NCBI RefSeq assembly: GCF_018350175.1
Contig: NC_058368.1
Span: 166,968,001-167,032,000 of the forward strand
Reading direction: 5' to 3'
DNA: 64,000 bases
Origin: Felis catus
Taxonomy: Eukaryota
Below are positions 26,531 through 39,596 of this stretch, piece by piece. The notes under the pieces were generated by a model that worked only from the letters and a program-made list of their open reading frames with translations, made no database searches and was not told the origin of the DNA. Made by a program: the position numbers and the translations under genes. Each line of letters begins with the position of its first letter. Positions within the stretch are counted from its first letter, which is position 1.

Positions 26531-28890
26531 AAAAATCAAGTGCAGTAGTGGAGAGGTAAACCAAGTAATAGAACTCCTTGCTTAATAGGACATCAAATAA
26601 TCTCTATTTTTTCACATTCCATGCTTTTTAATGAATAAATACAAAGTAACATTGTAATCATAAAAATTACATGATCTCAAAAATGGATTTTCTTCCAATG
26701 TTGATTTCTTCTCTACATGCTTTACAGAGACATAATGATACACCTTTATCCTATATTTTTCACTAAATATTGCATCATAAGTATTATCTACCTTTAGTGG
26801 AGAAGTCTTGACAATAGCAAATTATAAATGATTGAATGATGTTCCTCAGGTTGATTATATTTTAGTCCAACTTTTTAAAATTATTAGCCATTTTAATTGT
26901 GCTGAGATAAACATCTTATGTTGCTACATATTTTTTCAAAGCACTTACCACTCTCTCAAATTATTTGTTTGCTTAATTAAGTATTTTTGTCTTTTCCATC
27001 AGAATAGCATTCCCATGAGAGCAGGAGTTAAGTTCATCAGTGAATTCCCAAAATGTAGCACAACACCAAGATACAGCACATAAACCCAGAAACATTTGTG
27101 GGACACATGGATGAGTAAATGAATCGTTATACATATTTTTATTCACTTAGGAATAGTTTCCAAAAATTTGACATTGGCCCTTGCCAGTTTTTTTGCCTCT
27201 AGTTGTATGAGTACACTCAAGTTACAATGTCTATAGGAAAGCAGGAAGTCTGAATGGTTCTTGTAAGGCCAGTTGGAAAACTCAATGTTGCTAATGAAAG
27301 TGAGATGAGAGGGAGACAGAATGAAAGTGAGAATGGTCAAGCAGGAAGTGGATATTTAAAGAAAACTTAAGACCCTGCAGGCTCCTAGCAAAATGTAGGA
27401 GAACAAAGAGGAATAGGAATTATCAGTGAAAATGGGGTATTGAAATGGTAATTTCTGAAAGTCTAGGGGAAAAAATAGGGAGGTAGCCAAGAGCAGGAAT
27501 AGAAAATTACTAGTAAATTAGCTTCAATGAACCCCCAAAACAAGCTAATTAGGAGAATCCCAATTCTTTTTTTCCCAGCAATTTTTTTAAATAAAAATCT
27601 CCCAGTGTCACCTCTGGAAATTCTAATTCAGCATGTCTGGGTTGTGACCTGGTAATTTGTATTTTGAAATTTTTTCTAGATTTAAATTAAACTCAATATA
27701 ACTTATTATAGAACACAAAAGAAAAACAAATGTTAATATCTTATGGTAAGTCACATTATATCTAGACTGTGTGCATTTTTATAAATGTTGGGGAATCCTC
27801 AAAAATATTATACCTACTTCTATGTAATTCTCTCAAATACTCTCCTAGACTTTTTATTCAAACTATATTAATATCAACTCTTAGTGACCGTATAAAGGAA
27901 CACTGTCAGAGAACAATTTCAGTTAGTGTTTTCTTCGGCATGTGTTTTTCTGAATTTAAGTCAAACATAATCAAGCATATTTTATTCAGTTGACAGAACT
28001 ATAATGTTATTATAGTTCACTATCAATGTTTATAGAATTCTTACTTCTACATGGGACTTCTATTAAAATCAATGGGAATCACACCAATAATACCCTGGAA
28101 AAACCTGAAAAGATTAATACTCAGTGCCTGCTAGTCCAACTGCCCCAGTATTTGTTGTTTTTATTTTATTGTGTCTTCAAATTCAAATCACCTAAATTAC
28201 TTAACATGAAATATGGCTTCTTTCCCAGTTCAAAGTTATTGTTAGCCATAGATTATGTTTTATTTATCTTCTCTAAAATATCTAACTGATGGGAATGTGA
28301 TAGAAAAGGCTTTTCTCAAAAGATTTACAGTCCTATCTTGAAGATCTATCTATACATTTGGCTTTGCCCTGAGTAAACAAACCCCCAAATTCCTAGAACC
28401 TATAATTTTTGAAAATGAGAATCAAATTTACATAGGAATTGTTTTCCAAAGATGCTGAGGTATATGCTTGGAATTAAAGCTATAGGTTTAGCAACATTTC
28501 TGGAAATATATAAACTTCTTGCTTTAAACTATTCTTAATCATTGTCAGTCTCCGAAAGACTTTTAGGTGCTTCTTTTAGATAACTCTTTCTTTTAGATGC
28601 TTTAGGTAACTTTTACTTAGATGAGTAGAAAACATATTTAGTACTACAGAGAACAAACAGTATAAAAATTTGTAAAAAGATTTTCTCTCAAAATTAGAGA
28701 AGTTGTCTTCTATTCCTCTTTTCATTTCTTGATGGCAGAGTGACCATAATTAGGGGACTTTATGTCTCTGAGTCTCAGTCACCTCATATGTAAAATGGGT
28801 GTAATCTCATCTGCCCTACCTAGGCCATGCCAATATAATGAAGAGCAAATGAACCCCATGGATGGAAGCACAATAAAAATGTGAAGAGTT

Positions 28891-29040
28891 GGGTCACCTG
28901 AGTGGCTCAGTTGGTTCAGTATCAGACTCTGGATCTCAGCTTATGTCTTGATCTCAGGGTCTTGAGTTCAAACCCTGTGTTGGGCTCTGCGCTGGCCATG
29001 AAGTCTACTTAAAACAAACAAACAAACAAACAAAAAACAA
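28891..29040 (+). mobile_element. Short-type Can-SINE (no CT tract) inserted in a MIR
   Basis: gggtcacctgagtggctcag...gtctacttaaaa(caaa)n; TSD aatgt(g/a)aagagtt; MIR core at about 28745-28870. Confidence 0.85.
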
Positions 29041-30534
29041 CAATGTAAAGAGTTACACAAAGTTAATAAATTTTATTGCTATGTTCTGTAAAGGCAAAAT
29101 ATATATCTGGAGTTTTATTGGATTTTTCAATATATTTTCATGGAAAATGTTTTGATAGTAGAGAGTTTCTATAAGAGATTCTGAAATAGATTAAGACTGG
29201 TAATGAAAGTGTTTCCATTAAACATGTGTAGTTCATTAAGTTATTCCACATGGTCTCCAAATCATTAGTATCTTAAATGTAGCAAAGAAGATTGTGAAAC
29301 AGGGATGACAGACATAAATCTACTCCAGAGACGGGGTTACTTTCCATGGAATAAGTGTTCAGCTAATTCTTGCTATAACTACAAAACACTTCTATTTATT
29401 TGGTCTTATACCAAGATTTCCCATTCAGTTTTAAAATCTTAAAGAGTTTTCTTATAACTATAGTTTTTTTAACAGAAACACACAGTGCAAATTGACTGTT
29501 AAACATCCACATCTAGTTCATTTAGCATAGAGCACTGAATCACTGTCTTGGCAATAATGAATTTGCTTTCCACATGAAATCAAACTAATTATATTCTGGT
29601 TACTTGATTGTGAAGTCATGTGACACCACTTTTAATTTGTTTATGCCATATTACTCTTTGGTTAAGAAAAGATCTACACATACGTTGTTCAGTGGAGAAG
29701 GTCGCTGCCATTACACGCACATTAAGATACTCATGATTCAAAGATGTGGCTCCTGATGGTTTTATTTCCTCCTGTGAGCGAGGTTTGATTTGAGATGCTT
29801 ATACCACTGATGCCTCTTAACTGTGTAATTCAAATAATACCTTCTGCAAAATTGTAGCAGTTTGTATGCTATAAACTTAAGTTAAACCTTGTCAATACTG
29901 TTTTCAATTCATCTAAAACAGAAGAGAAAGAGGGAAAAAGTGAATTTATCATAGCTAATATATGACATGAACATCTGCTCATAATAAGCTAGTCAAAATT
30001 AGTTTAAGTCTATCAGGCACAAGGAGAATATAAATGGCCCAAGACAAGGTATCCAGGCTGATGAAGAGACTGCTGTAAGAATAAGGCTGAGATTCTTCAT
30101 TTTTTAAATTATCTGCCAACCATGGCTCTCTCCTCTCTTAAATCCTGGGTTCAGACTGTCACGAACATATTTCATATGCCTCTTCACTTCTTAGGCTGGC
30201 TACTAGACCCAGCCAAGAATTGTCACATGGATTTTTTTTCAATATTCTTCTCTCATTTACTTTCCTTCTCCATTTAACTTTTTTCCCCTTTCTCACCTAA
30301 TCCTATAATCTTCTTGAACTTTACCACAGGATATTTCCTACCAATCCATCATTTTTAACAAAGAGGTAAGGCTGCCCTATCAGAAAATGACAGGTTCTCA
30401 TAATTTGAGTGGACAGCTTTAGCCAAGCAAATCTGCCTGTGAACTTCCTCTGTTCATATCACTTCTTCCACTCTTCCATGACTTCTATCTTAAGGCTTCT
30501 TGAAAGCTAAATAGAAGACTTTCAAATAGCCCCA

Positions 30535-30725
30535 TGAGATTTCAAACCCTGGCAATGCTACTTATTAAGTGTCATGACCTTGGATAAGTTGTTTAACTAT
30601 TCTGAATCTTGGTTTAGTCACCTGTAAAATAGAGATAAATAACATCCACCCCATGAGATAGTGGTAAGAACTAAAAGTGATCGTGTATGTTAAAAAATAA
30701 ATTAGCACAGTACAAGACACATACT
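30535..30725 (+). mobile_element. MIR SINE
   Basis: tgaccttggataagttgtttaac...cacctgtaaaatagagataa. Confidence 0.7.
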
Positions 30726-30869
30726 ATGTACTGTTTAGGTTGCTGTCTTTGAATTTGAGGCTAACACTCCTTTTTCACTTTATCACATTGTTCCAATTCT
30801 TTCCAATTAAGAATTCTAAAACATTCTTTGTAACTTAGCTCACACTTTTCATTTAAAAACTACTTCATG

Positions 30870-31190
30870 TGTATCAGTCAGTTTCTACTGCATAACAAAT
30901 CATCCTAAAACTTAATTACCTAAAACAATAATGAATAATTCTTTCCCTGTATTTCCCATAACTTTTTACATTGGGTAGGTTGGTGTTTTGGTCTAACTTC
31001 AATAGCACAGAATGGTCTCACTGACATATTTGGGACTTCAACTGGAATGGTTGTGATAGCTTGGTGAGAACACTGGAGGTCTTTCCTTCTCCATGGTCTC
31101 CTCTTCCAGTTGGCCAGTCCACATTTCCTTACGTGATAGTAGAAAGATTCCCATCTCACAGGAAGAAAAGTCCCACTGCGTAAGTCACAT
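30870..31190 (-). mobile_element. Old MaLR LTR (MLT1 family)
   Basis: tgtatcagtcagtttctactgcataacaaatcatcctaaaactt...taaaacaata is a typical MLT1 3' end in antisense. Confidence 0.65.
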
Positions 31191-31222
31191 TACTGATACA
31201 TCTTTAAGCACAGAGTAAATAT

Positions 31223-31280
31223 TATATATCTATATCTATATCTATATTTATATCTAGATCTAGATCTAGATCTATATATC
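31223..31280. repeat. (TATATC)n/(TAGATC)n microsatellite
   Basis: seen directly. Confidence 0.85.
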
Positions 31281-32996
31281 TTTGAAGCCTGAAAACCTTG
31301 AGTTAAAATTCGTTCTGTACCACCTTATTCAAGGAATGCTCTTGAGCAAACTATTCATCCTCTGTATAAGCCATATTTTTTCCTTTTCATGTATATCAAT
31401 AGTACAGGGTTAGTGTCAGAGTTAAGTAAGATAACATGCAAAATTTGATCAGTTTGTCACCTGGCAGTTGGTAAAATAAATGGTATTTTCCTTCTACAAT
31501 CATCTGTCCTCTGAGCTCTTTTGTTGTTGTTTTTTGCTATTACCACCAACAAAATCGCTATCCCTCCATTATGTTACATAAAAAGCCCAAGATATCGCAA
31601 ATTTCTTAACTGAGAATTAAAAATCACCTATTATCATATTCATACATTAAAATGTATATATAGAACAATGAAATCCACATTTTCACACTAAGAACAAGAA
31701 ATAATATTTATTAAAACTACCTCCATTTAGTTAATATTAAATTTTCCTCTAATTATCAGCTACTATAAAGCTAGGGATCCATAGATACAAATAAAGGATT
31801 CAGAGTCACAATTAAATAAATCTAGTTTCTAGTGCCTTTAAAATAAACAAAATTTAAAAATAAACAAATGAATTAGAAAGGCAATGACCAAAATTTAAGA
31901 AATGTTTTCGTTATCAGAGTTTTTACAGACACATAAAAATCCTCACTTTAGAAACATGCAAGATGTATTTAAAAATATATAAAGCTATTTTTAATAACCT
32001 AAGATTATTAAAGTATTTTCTGTTGACAGAGGACTTCAGAACTATACAAATTAACAGCAAAGAAAATAAATGTACAAGTAAGGACAATATTAAGAGTATT
32101 TAGATATCAAAATTAAAAAGGGGGTTTAATTCTTGACAATTTCTGTAAAGTGCATGCACTTGTTTTGGCCATTACATAACAGTAATGATGCAAACCTCCG
32201 TGTATTAAACTATTTCACGTCTAAAGCCAGGATTTATCTCTTTGGGAGAACATGTGTTTCAGCCTCTACTGGAAGGAAACTTTGCCTTTTCTCTTCTTAA
32301 CCAGAGATGTCTTTCTTCTTTTCCCATGTCCCTTCCCCTGCCTCAGAAGAGGAAAAACAAATCTGGTTGGTCACATCTAGGACACTGTTTCACTGCATTC
32401 ACTGGTGGACAGAAACCCACAGGCGTCCTGAGAGTGGGGTTGGTAAACATTGCCAAAGCCTCTCAAGGCCATGCCGTCTCATTTTCTCTTCCTTCTCACA
32501 TAGATACTTGGTCCCTCAAAGGTCTCACAGATGTAGACTCAGTAGCTAAGTGAGAAGTTGCACAAGCTAAATGATAAAGAGAAGACCGGTAGGGTCATGA
32601 ATGTGAAGCAGATCCTCTGACAGAACTGAAGAAAGAGCTCAGCTTTGAGGACCAGACTGCTGGCCAGCAGACGTAAAACAGCCCTTGACATCTTGTTTGT
32701 CATTATTCCTTATGTGCATACCTTCCTCAAGAACTTCAAAAAAAGGAAATGATTGACATAGCTTCACTTGGGCATACTCTATTCCCTAGCTATAACACTG
32801 AGAACCAGCAAAATCCCTCTGGTATTTGTCAGTATGCATTGTAGACAAGATTTTGACACTTCTTTAATTAAAAATGGTGACATTAAAATACTACCAGAAT
32901 ATCTAAATGATAAACAAAATTTTAATTCTTCTCAAACTCCACCACACCAAATGAAAAGTAATATCAAGTAGAGAAGAATCAAAAGACCATACATTG

Positions 32997-33160
32997 GGAT
33001 GCCTGGTGGCTCAGTCAGTTAAGCATTTGACTCTTGGCTTCGGCTCAGGTCATGACCTCAGGGTTCAAGAGCCCCACCCAGGCTCTGCATGACAGGACAG
33101 AGCCTATTTGGGATTCTCTATCTCCCTCTCTCTCCGCCCCTCCCCTTCTTGTGTTCCTGT

Positions 33161-33201
<41 letters not shown>

Positions 33202-33222
33202 ATAAATAAATAAACTTAAAAA
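32997..33222 (+). mobile_element. Can-SINE
   Basis: TSD aaaaga(c/t)catacat; long (CT)n. Confidence 0.95.
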
Positions 33223-33817
33223 AAGATCATACATAGATAAGAGCATCTGTTCTACTGTAATATTGACATAAATATAAAAGGTATCCAAAGTTTCACATTG
33301 TTGTTATGGAAATCTAGAAGAAAGTTAAAATCCCAGAGTTTCATAAAATTCCATCATTGTAACACATTTAGCCAGAAGGCAAGATTTACAGTCGGAAATG
33401 CAGAACAAATACTAACATAGAGGATGCACTAACTATGAGCCAGGCACTGCTCTAATACTTACCTGCATTGTGCCCTTTACTCCTTATAAGTTCATGAGGC
33501 TTAGAAGAGGTTTTGTGATTCACTCAAGGTTGCAAGCATAAAAGATGATCAAACCAGGAATCCAACCAGGCAGTGATCTAATTCTAGAGTCCATAATCTT
33601 TAACTTCTCTCCAGTGCTGCTTCTAATGAACAGATTTGCCCATGGAAAATACATTTTTAGTCACTGAATATGCAAGAAACTGCTATGTGCAAAGCATTCC
33701 AATAGATGCTGCATAAAATACAATGATGCATAATTTATGGTGCATGCCCTTATAGAGTTGATAACCCAGTAATGCACTAAAGTATCACAAAAAACTGACA
33801 TCAAAAATGTACATACA

Positions 33818-33940
33818 GGGGCGCTTCGGTGGCTCAGTCTGTTAAGTGTCCAACTCTTGATCTCAGCTCAGGTCTTGTATCTCAGGGTCATGAGTTCAAG
33901 CCCTGAGTTGGACTCCACAGTGGGAGCAAAGCCTACTTTA
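33818..33940 (+). mobile_element. Short-type Can-SINE
   Basis: ggggcgcttcggtggctcagtctgttaag...gcctactttaaaa; TSD aaaaatgtacata. Confidence 0.88.
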
Positions 33941-34683
33941 AAAAATGTACATATATGTGGGTTTAATGTGAGTATTAATAAAGCAAGTGGTATAAGATAT
34001 AGAAAAAGAGAAAAGGCTGTTGCCTACTAGGAAGGCCTTGGCTACATTCTCTTCAGCAATTTCCTTCACTGTAATAATGAAAATCTTAGATCACAAGTTA
34101 GATTTTTGTACTATACAGAAATAAATGCCATTACTTTCTCTGTTCCACAGCTGCAGAAGAATTGTCGGGAATATGCTTCATCCTGATTGAAGTTAAAAAA
34201 CTAGCTAAGTCACTGCAAATTTAGATGTTTCTACATATGATGACCACATGTGTTTTGAAGTATTTATTAATCAAATGTAAATAAGTGAATAAGATCAAAC
34301 CCTTCACTAGCTACTTGGCTTTGATGAATTGTCATCGCTTACTTCTGTTCTCTATAAATAGATTAGGCACAAAGACTTTAATTCAGTGTGTAATTATTCC
34401 ACAGTTTCTGTGGACAAGGCATGGTAGTGGTCTGGCTGCGTGACACTAGGGCACATCCAGGTGAATAGATCAGTGACTGCCTAGGGGGAGACTATACACT
34501 CGTGTAGAAGGCTGGTGAGTAAACAGAGTCGTTTTAAACATAACCAAAAAAAGAAAAGGATTGGTCGGGGTGGGGCAGGCGGTACTCCAAATGGTTAGAA
34601 CACCAGCTGCCTTTGGTCCTTTAATCTGGGCTGCAGAACTTTAGTACTTGATATTCAGAAGGTCATTCTCAGAGCTCTTTGTC

Positions 34684-34685
<2 letters not shown>

Positions 34686-34724
<39 letters not shown>
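34686..34724. repeat. (CA)n microsatellite
   Basis: seen directly. Confidence 0.95.
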
Positions 34725-34726
<2 letters not shown>

Positions 34727-34860
34727 ATATGAACTTTAATAAGCACAGCACTGATTATTTGTGTGAACAAGGAACAATAAGGATGCTATTTCATATATAA
34801 TATACTAATTTGCATAATTTTCTCGGGCCAAGGAAGTCTGTTATTTTTTTAAGTTTATTT

Positions 34861-35077
34861 TTTTTTAATTTTTTTTTCAATGTTTATTTATTTTGGGACA
34901 GAGAGAGACAGAGCATGAACGGGGGAGGGGCAGAGAGAGAGAGACACACAGAATCGAAACAGGCTCCAGGCTCTGAGCTGTCAGCACAGAGCCCGACGCG
35001 GGGCTCGAACTCACAGACCGCGAGATCGTGACCTGGCTGAAGTCGACGCTTAACCGACTGCGCCACCCAGGCGCCCC
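34861..35077 (-). mobile_element. Young felid Can-SINE nested in the tail of an older SINE
   Basis: CpG-intact copy (ggtggcgcagtcggttaagcgtcgacttcagccaggtcacgatctcgcgg on the minus strand); TSD ttaagtttattt. Confidence 0.95.
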
Positions 35078-35281
35078 TTAAGTTTATTTATTTTTGAGAG
35101 AGACAGAGACAGCATGAGTGGGAAGAGGGGCAGAGAGAGAGGGAGAGAGAGAATCCGATGCAGGCTCCACATTACCAGCACAGAGCCCCATGCAGGGCTC
35201 AAACTCACAAAACCATGAGATCATGACCTGAGCCGAAACCAAGAGTCGGATGCCTAACTGACTGAGCCACCCAGGCACCCC
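35078..35281 (-). mobile_element. Older Can-SINE
   Basis: TSD ctgttatt(t/g)ttttt at 34838 and 35281 brackets both SINEs. Confidence 0.93.
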
Positions 35282-38200
35282 TGTTATTGTTTTTAATGCA
35301 GTGGCTTTCCAAGAGTTTGGTTTTGTGTTTGCTCTGTACCAGGAGTCACAGTCAGCAATACCATCACCTCATTAGTTCTTCCTGCTTCTCAATCATTACT
35401 TCCCACTGGTTGAAAACTTTTAACCCTTAAATTCTTTGTGATATGATGGCTTTCCATTCCAAATTCAGTCTATTGGAATGTTCCAGATATATACATCAAA
35501 ATAATAACAATAACAATAAGCTCTATTAAAATAACATTATTTAAATTGTAATTCAAAGATTCTAATTTTCCAAATTTGTTCAAAAGTTGCTCTAAAAAAT
35601 CAGCTGAACAAGTGTTAACAATGAAAACTAGTCCAACATGGAGGTACTCAGGAAGGCATTTCCGTATCTCTGGCAACCAAACAGTAAAGAGAGTGAGTTC
35701 AGAATCACAAAAAAACAGGACAAGTGATCACAGATGACCACACTGCTAGCATTTGTCATTTTCAAATGCTCATCTCCATGCTTCTTTCAAAGGAGTGTTA
35801 AAAGAGAAATAAATTTATCAGTAGCACTTAAGACAAGCTGTTCTCTCCTTTGTGTGGTGATAACTAGCTCAGAGTCATCAATCAATCAATCAATCAATCA
35901 GAAAAAGTGAAGAAATGATCATTGGTATTCTAGGAAGGAAATGTCGCCATACACAGGGGGAACTGGAAGCAAATTTCACAACTTTATAGACAAGCTACTC
36001 AAACTTCCCACTGAAACATATGTTGAGCCCTGGCATCTATTACCTGGGGACAAAAGGATCTGTCTTCTTTGAATTTCCTCTTATTGCTTCCATGGACCCA
36101 AAAAGAGATTGTTCTAGACTGGCAAATAGTCTGAAAACAACAGTTTTATGGCAGTGAACCACCTATCATTATAATAATTGAAGAAAAAGAATCCAAAATG
36201 ATCTGATAAGACAAAATTATATATACAAAGTAGGAATGTCCAGGCTTTATTTCAATATAAATCATATGATTCATTTAAAATTTTATAACATCTCTACAAC
36301 TTATTTTCTTATCCTTAGCTGAAAGAAAAAAAAAAAAACTGTGAGGCTCCTGCTTAGCTGACTGATTGCTTTAGCGCAGCTTATTAGCTGAATTTCTATA
36401 AGTAGTTTTTCTTTTTTTTCAGGAAAGAAGAAAACTTTACTTTTAAACCACATTCTCTATAGTCTAGCCAGCTGGGCTCTTGGGTAAGTTCTCTGGGCGA
36501 GGTTTAAAGAAACTCCCTCTAGCTAAGAGTAAGAATCTTTTTTTCTCTTGTTTGCAGAAATCACTGTGCTGTTAACCTCAGGCATTTCATAAGGGTAATT
36601 ACTGACACCCAAACTTTGTGTGTTTGTTCAGAGACAGAAGAGGAATCCATCATATTCAATTCCTTTTCTCTGACTGACAATGCTAATATTTTTGAAAAGT
36701 ATTCCTTTGGATGTTTTGCAAATAAAAAAAAAAAAAGAAGAAAATAGAAACAGGTAGCATAAAACCGAAGTATGTCTTGGGTTCAACACCAGTTTCAGGG
36801 GCAGTTAGTTACACCTTTGACTCAATCTTCATAAAGTGGGAATGGAAAAAAATTATGGAAATATTTTTTGAAACAATGTTGTTACTTAACATAAAAAGAA
36901 GAGTAGGAGCAATTTTCTGGAAATTTCAGGAAAATCTCTGGCCCAGAAGAAGCTAGTCAATATGACTTTCAGTCATCAGATAACCAGATACCTTGAAAAA
37001 GATTAACAGGAGCACAAAGGTGCGTTTTCCTTAGAGGACGAGGAAACCACGGTGTCTTTTGGCTAGACAGGCACTCTACAGGGCTCTTTTTCGATTGTCA
37101 AAGTAACACGTTCCGTTGCCTAAAGACTTCGTGGGACTGAATGAAAAGCTACAAAAAAGTAATAATAATAAATAAAAATTTTAAATTAAAATTTAGAAAA
37201 GACAAAAACACCTAAGTTCCCTAGTTTCCTAGAAACATAATGATCTATAATTAATTTTCCCGTTGGGCTTATGCTAGAAATAATTTCACTATTTAAACTT
37301 TATTTTACTATATGAAATTAATAAATCTGATCATGTATTTCACATAGGTAGAGCACTAAAAATAATATATGCATAGCATTACAGATACTTCTTTAATGAG
37401 GGAAAGACAAGCTAAAATATGACTTCCTAAGACCCTGTCTTTTCTTCTCTGGAGTTCCAAACTTGTCTTACTCTCCTTAACTAACCAGCCACCAAATATA
37501 CTTTTTAACCTCAGGGAATAAACTTGTAGATTCTGTAAAAACTGCAACTATATCAGTACTTAGAAAGATTCCAAACTGGAGAATGGAAAGCAAAACAACA
37601 ACAAATCCTACAGAAATCCAGCAAATCACAATCACTGTGGCTATCAAAGGAACAGAAACAAGCCTATACATCCAGGGAAAGGAAAGATACATATTTTCTA
37701 TATCTATCTATCTACCTATTTGTCTATATCCAGAAAAAAAAAGATATATATACGTACATACATATATCTTATCATAGATACATGACTATCTGCAAGTAAC
37801 AGAAATGTAACTTTAAAAAACAATACTATAATAAACTAAGGAAAAACTAAACCATGGCAAGTCATGGATTGTTCATGAATATGCCTGAGCCAGTACAGGC
37901 TCTAACAGGATAAAGCCTGAAGGGGATCGACACGTTCTTTGGACAGTCTCCCAGCTGACACCTTTCTTCAGTCCTTCCTTGTACGGAGACAGCTGCCCAC
38001 CGACTGGGCAGAAAAATGACACCCATGTACGCTAAAAATTTCACTAAGTGCTGTTTACACTAAATAATGTCAAAGAGAAGAATTAGCCAGAGACAATTTT
38101 AAGATACCCACAAGGAACATTTTATTTAGGAAAGGAGTACCTGAGATCTAGGCCACTAATAATGAGAGTAATTAAAGTGGCGCTGAAGTTGCTGACTATC

Positions 38201-39379
38201 ACAACAAAGTAAAGCTGTGGGCAGACTTCAAGTTTAGAGAGCTTTTGACACCAATTAAGCATTGAAAATTTCATTGTTGTTGTTTTCTTAATTTTCTTCT
38301 CTGTTTCTTAACTGAAATAAGCTTTTCCATTTGGCCTTTGTCCTAAGATAAGCTTACACTCATCTCAATACACTTAAGTCAACTAACTTCTTAGCCCTAA
38401 GACCATTTACCAACGAACGAGGGACCAAAAATGTACTGAAATGATCTGCTTGTCACAATAAATCTCCCAGTCCAAAATTCTCTTTATGATTTGTTTATGT
38501 CAGTATACAATTTCTCATACATAAAAATAAAACTGTAAGTTTATAACAAGAAGAAATACCTTGAAATGTTATAAGCAATGGATTTAATGAGATTAGAACA
38601 ATTACCCTTTTGCCACAATGTAAAGACAACTGTCTCCTTTGTACAGAAGGTGCACATACTGATCAAAGCACAACTTTAAGAAGTCAAACGGGTACTTGGC
38701 AGACACGGGGATCTGAAAGATTCTTTATTTAGGTTTGCTTCTGGAAGAATAAAACAACTTCTTGGAAAAACAAACTTCCAGGTTTCCAGACAAATTACCT
38801 TCATTCTCTTCTTAGCCATAGACAAGTAGGATAAATAGGATCTTCTTGGATCTGCCGGACCCCTTACGATGACCCATATAGCGCCTACAACAGGGCTCTC
38901 AGTTTTCCCAGCAGCAGCACCACCATCGTGTGGCTACATGTAAGAAATCCAAATTTGGAGCCCCATCTAGGTGGGACTCATACATCTATGCTTCCACAAG
39001 TCCTCCAGGGACTGATGCTGTTGAAGTTTGAGACCCGCTGAACAAGGAGTAGTTTCCCATTCAAAAGCAAATGAAGGTTGTACTACAGTGCCTAGCTGAG
39101 GCAGGAGCCAAGTCACGTGAGGCTTCGCCTTTCCTCTAGTAAATGTCAGCTGGGAATTACCTTGGCTACTAATGATTATAAAATATTTTTGTATGAGTAC
39201 AGGTTAATACCCCACTATTTCATTTGCCTTTGGTCTTAGGTAGCTATTTAGAGTCTTATGCCACTTACAAACTAAGCATAATTTAAAACAGCTTAAAGGA
39301 AAAGCTTCAATTCATAAATAGTATCTTACTATCTAATCTTTTTATATTTTTCTTTTAGATAAAGGGCCACAGAAATATT

Positions 39380-39596
39380 TTTTTTAATTTTTTTTAACGT
39401 TTATTTATTTTTGAGACAGAGAGAGACAGAGCATGAACGGGGGAGGGTCAGAGAGAGGGAGACACAGAATCGGAAACAGGCTCCAGGCTCTGAGCTGTTA
39501 GCACAGAGCCCGATGCGGGGCTCGAACTCACAGACTGCGAGATCATGACCTGAGCTGAAGTCGGCCGCTCAACAAACTGAGCCACCCAGGCGCCCC
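39380..39596 (-). mobile_element. Felid Can-SINE
   Basis: perfect 17-bp TSD agggccacagaaatatt at 39363 and 39597. Confidence 0.96.
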
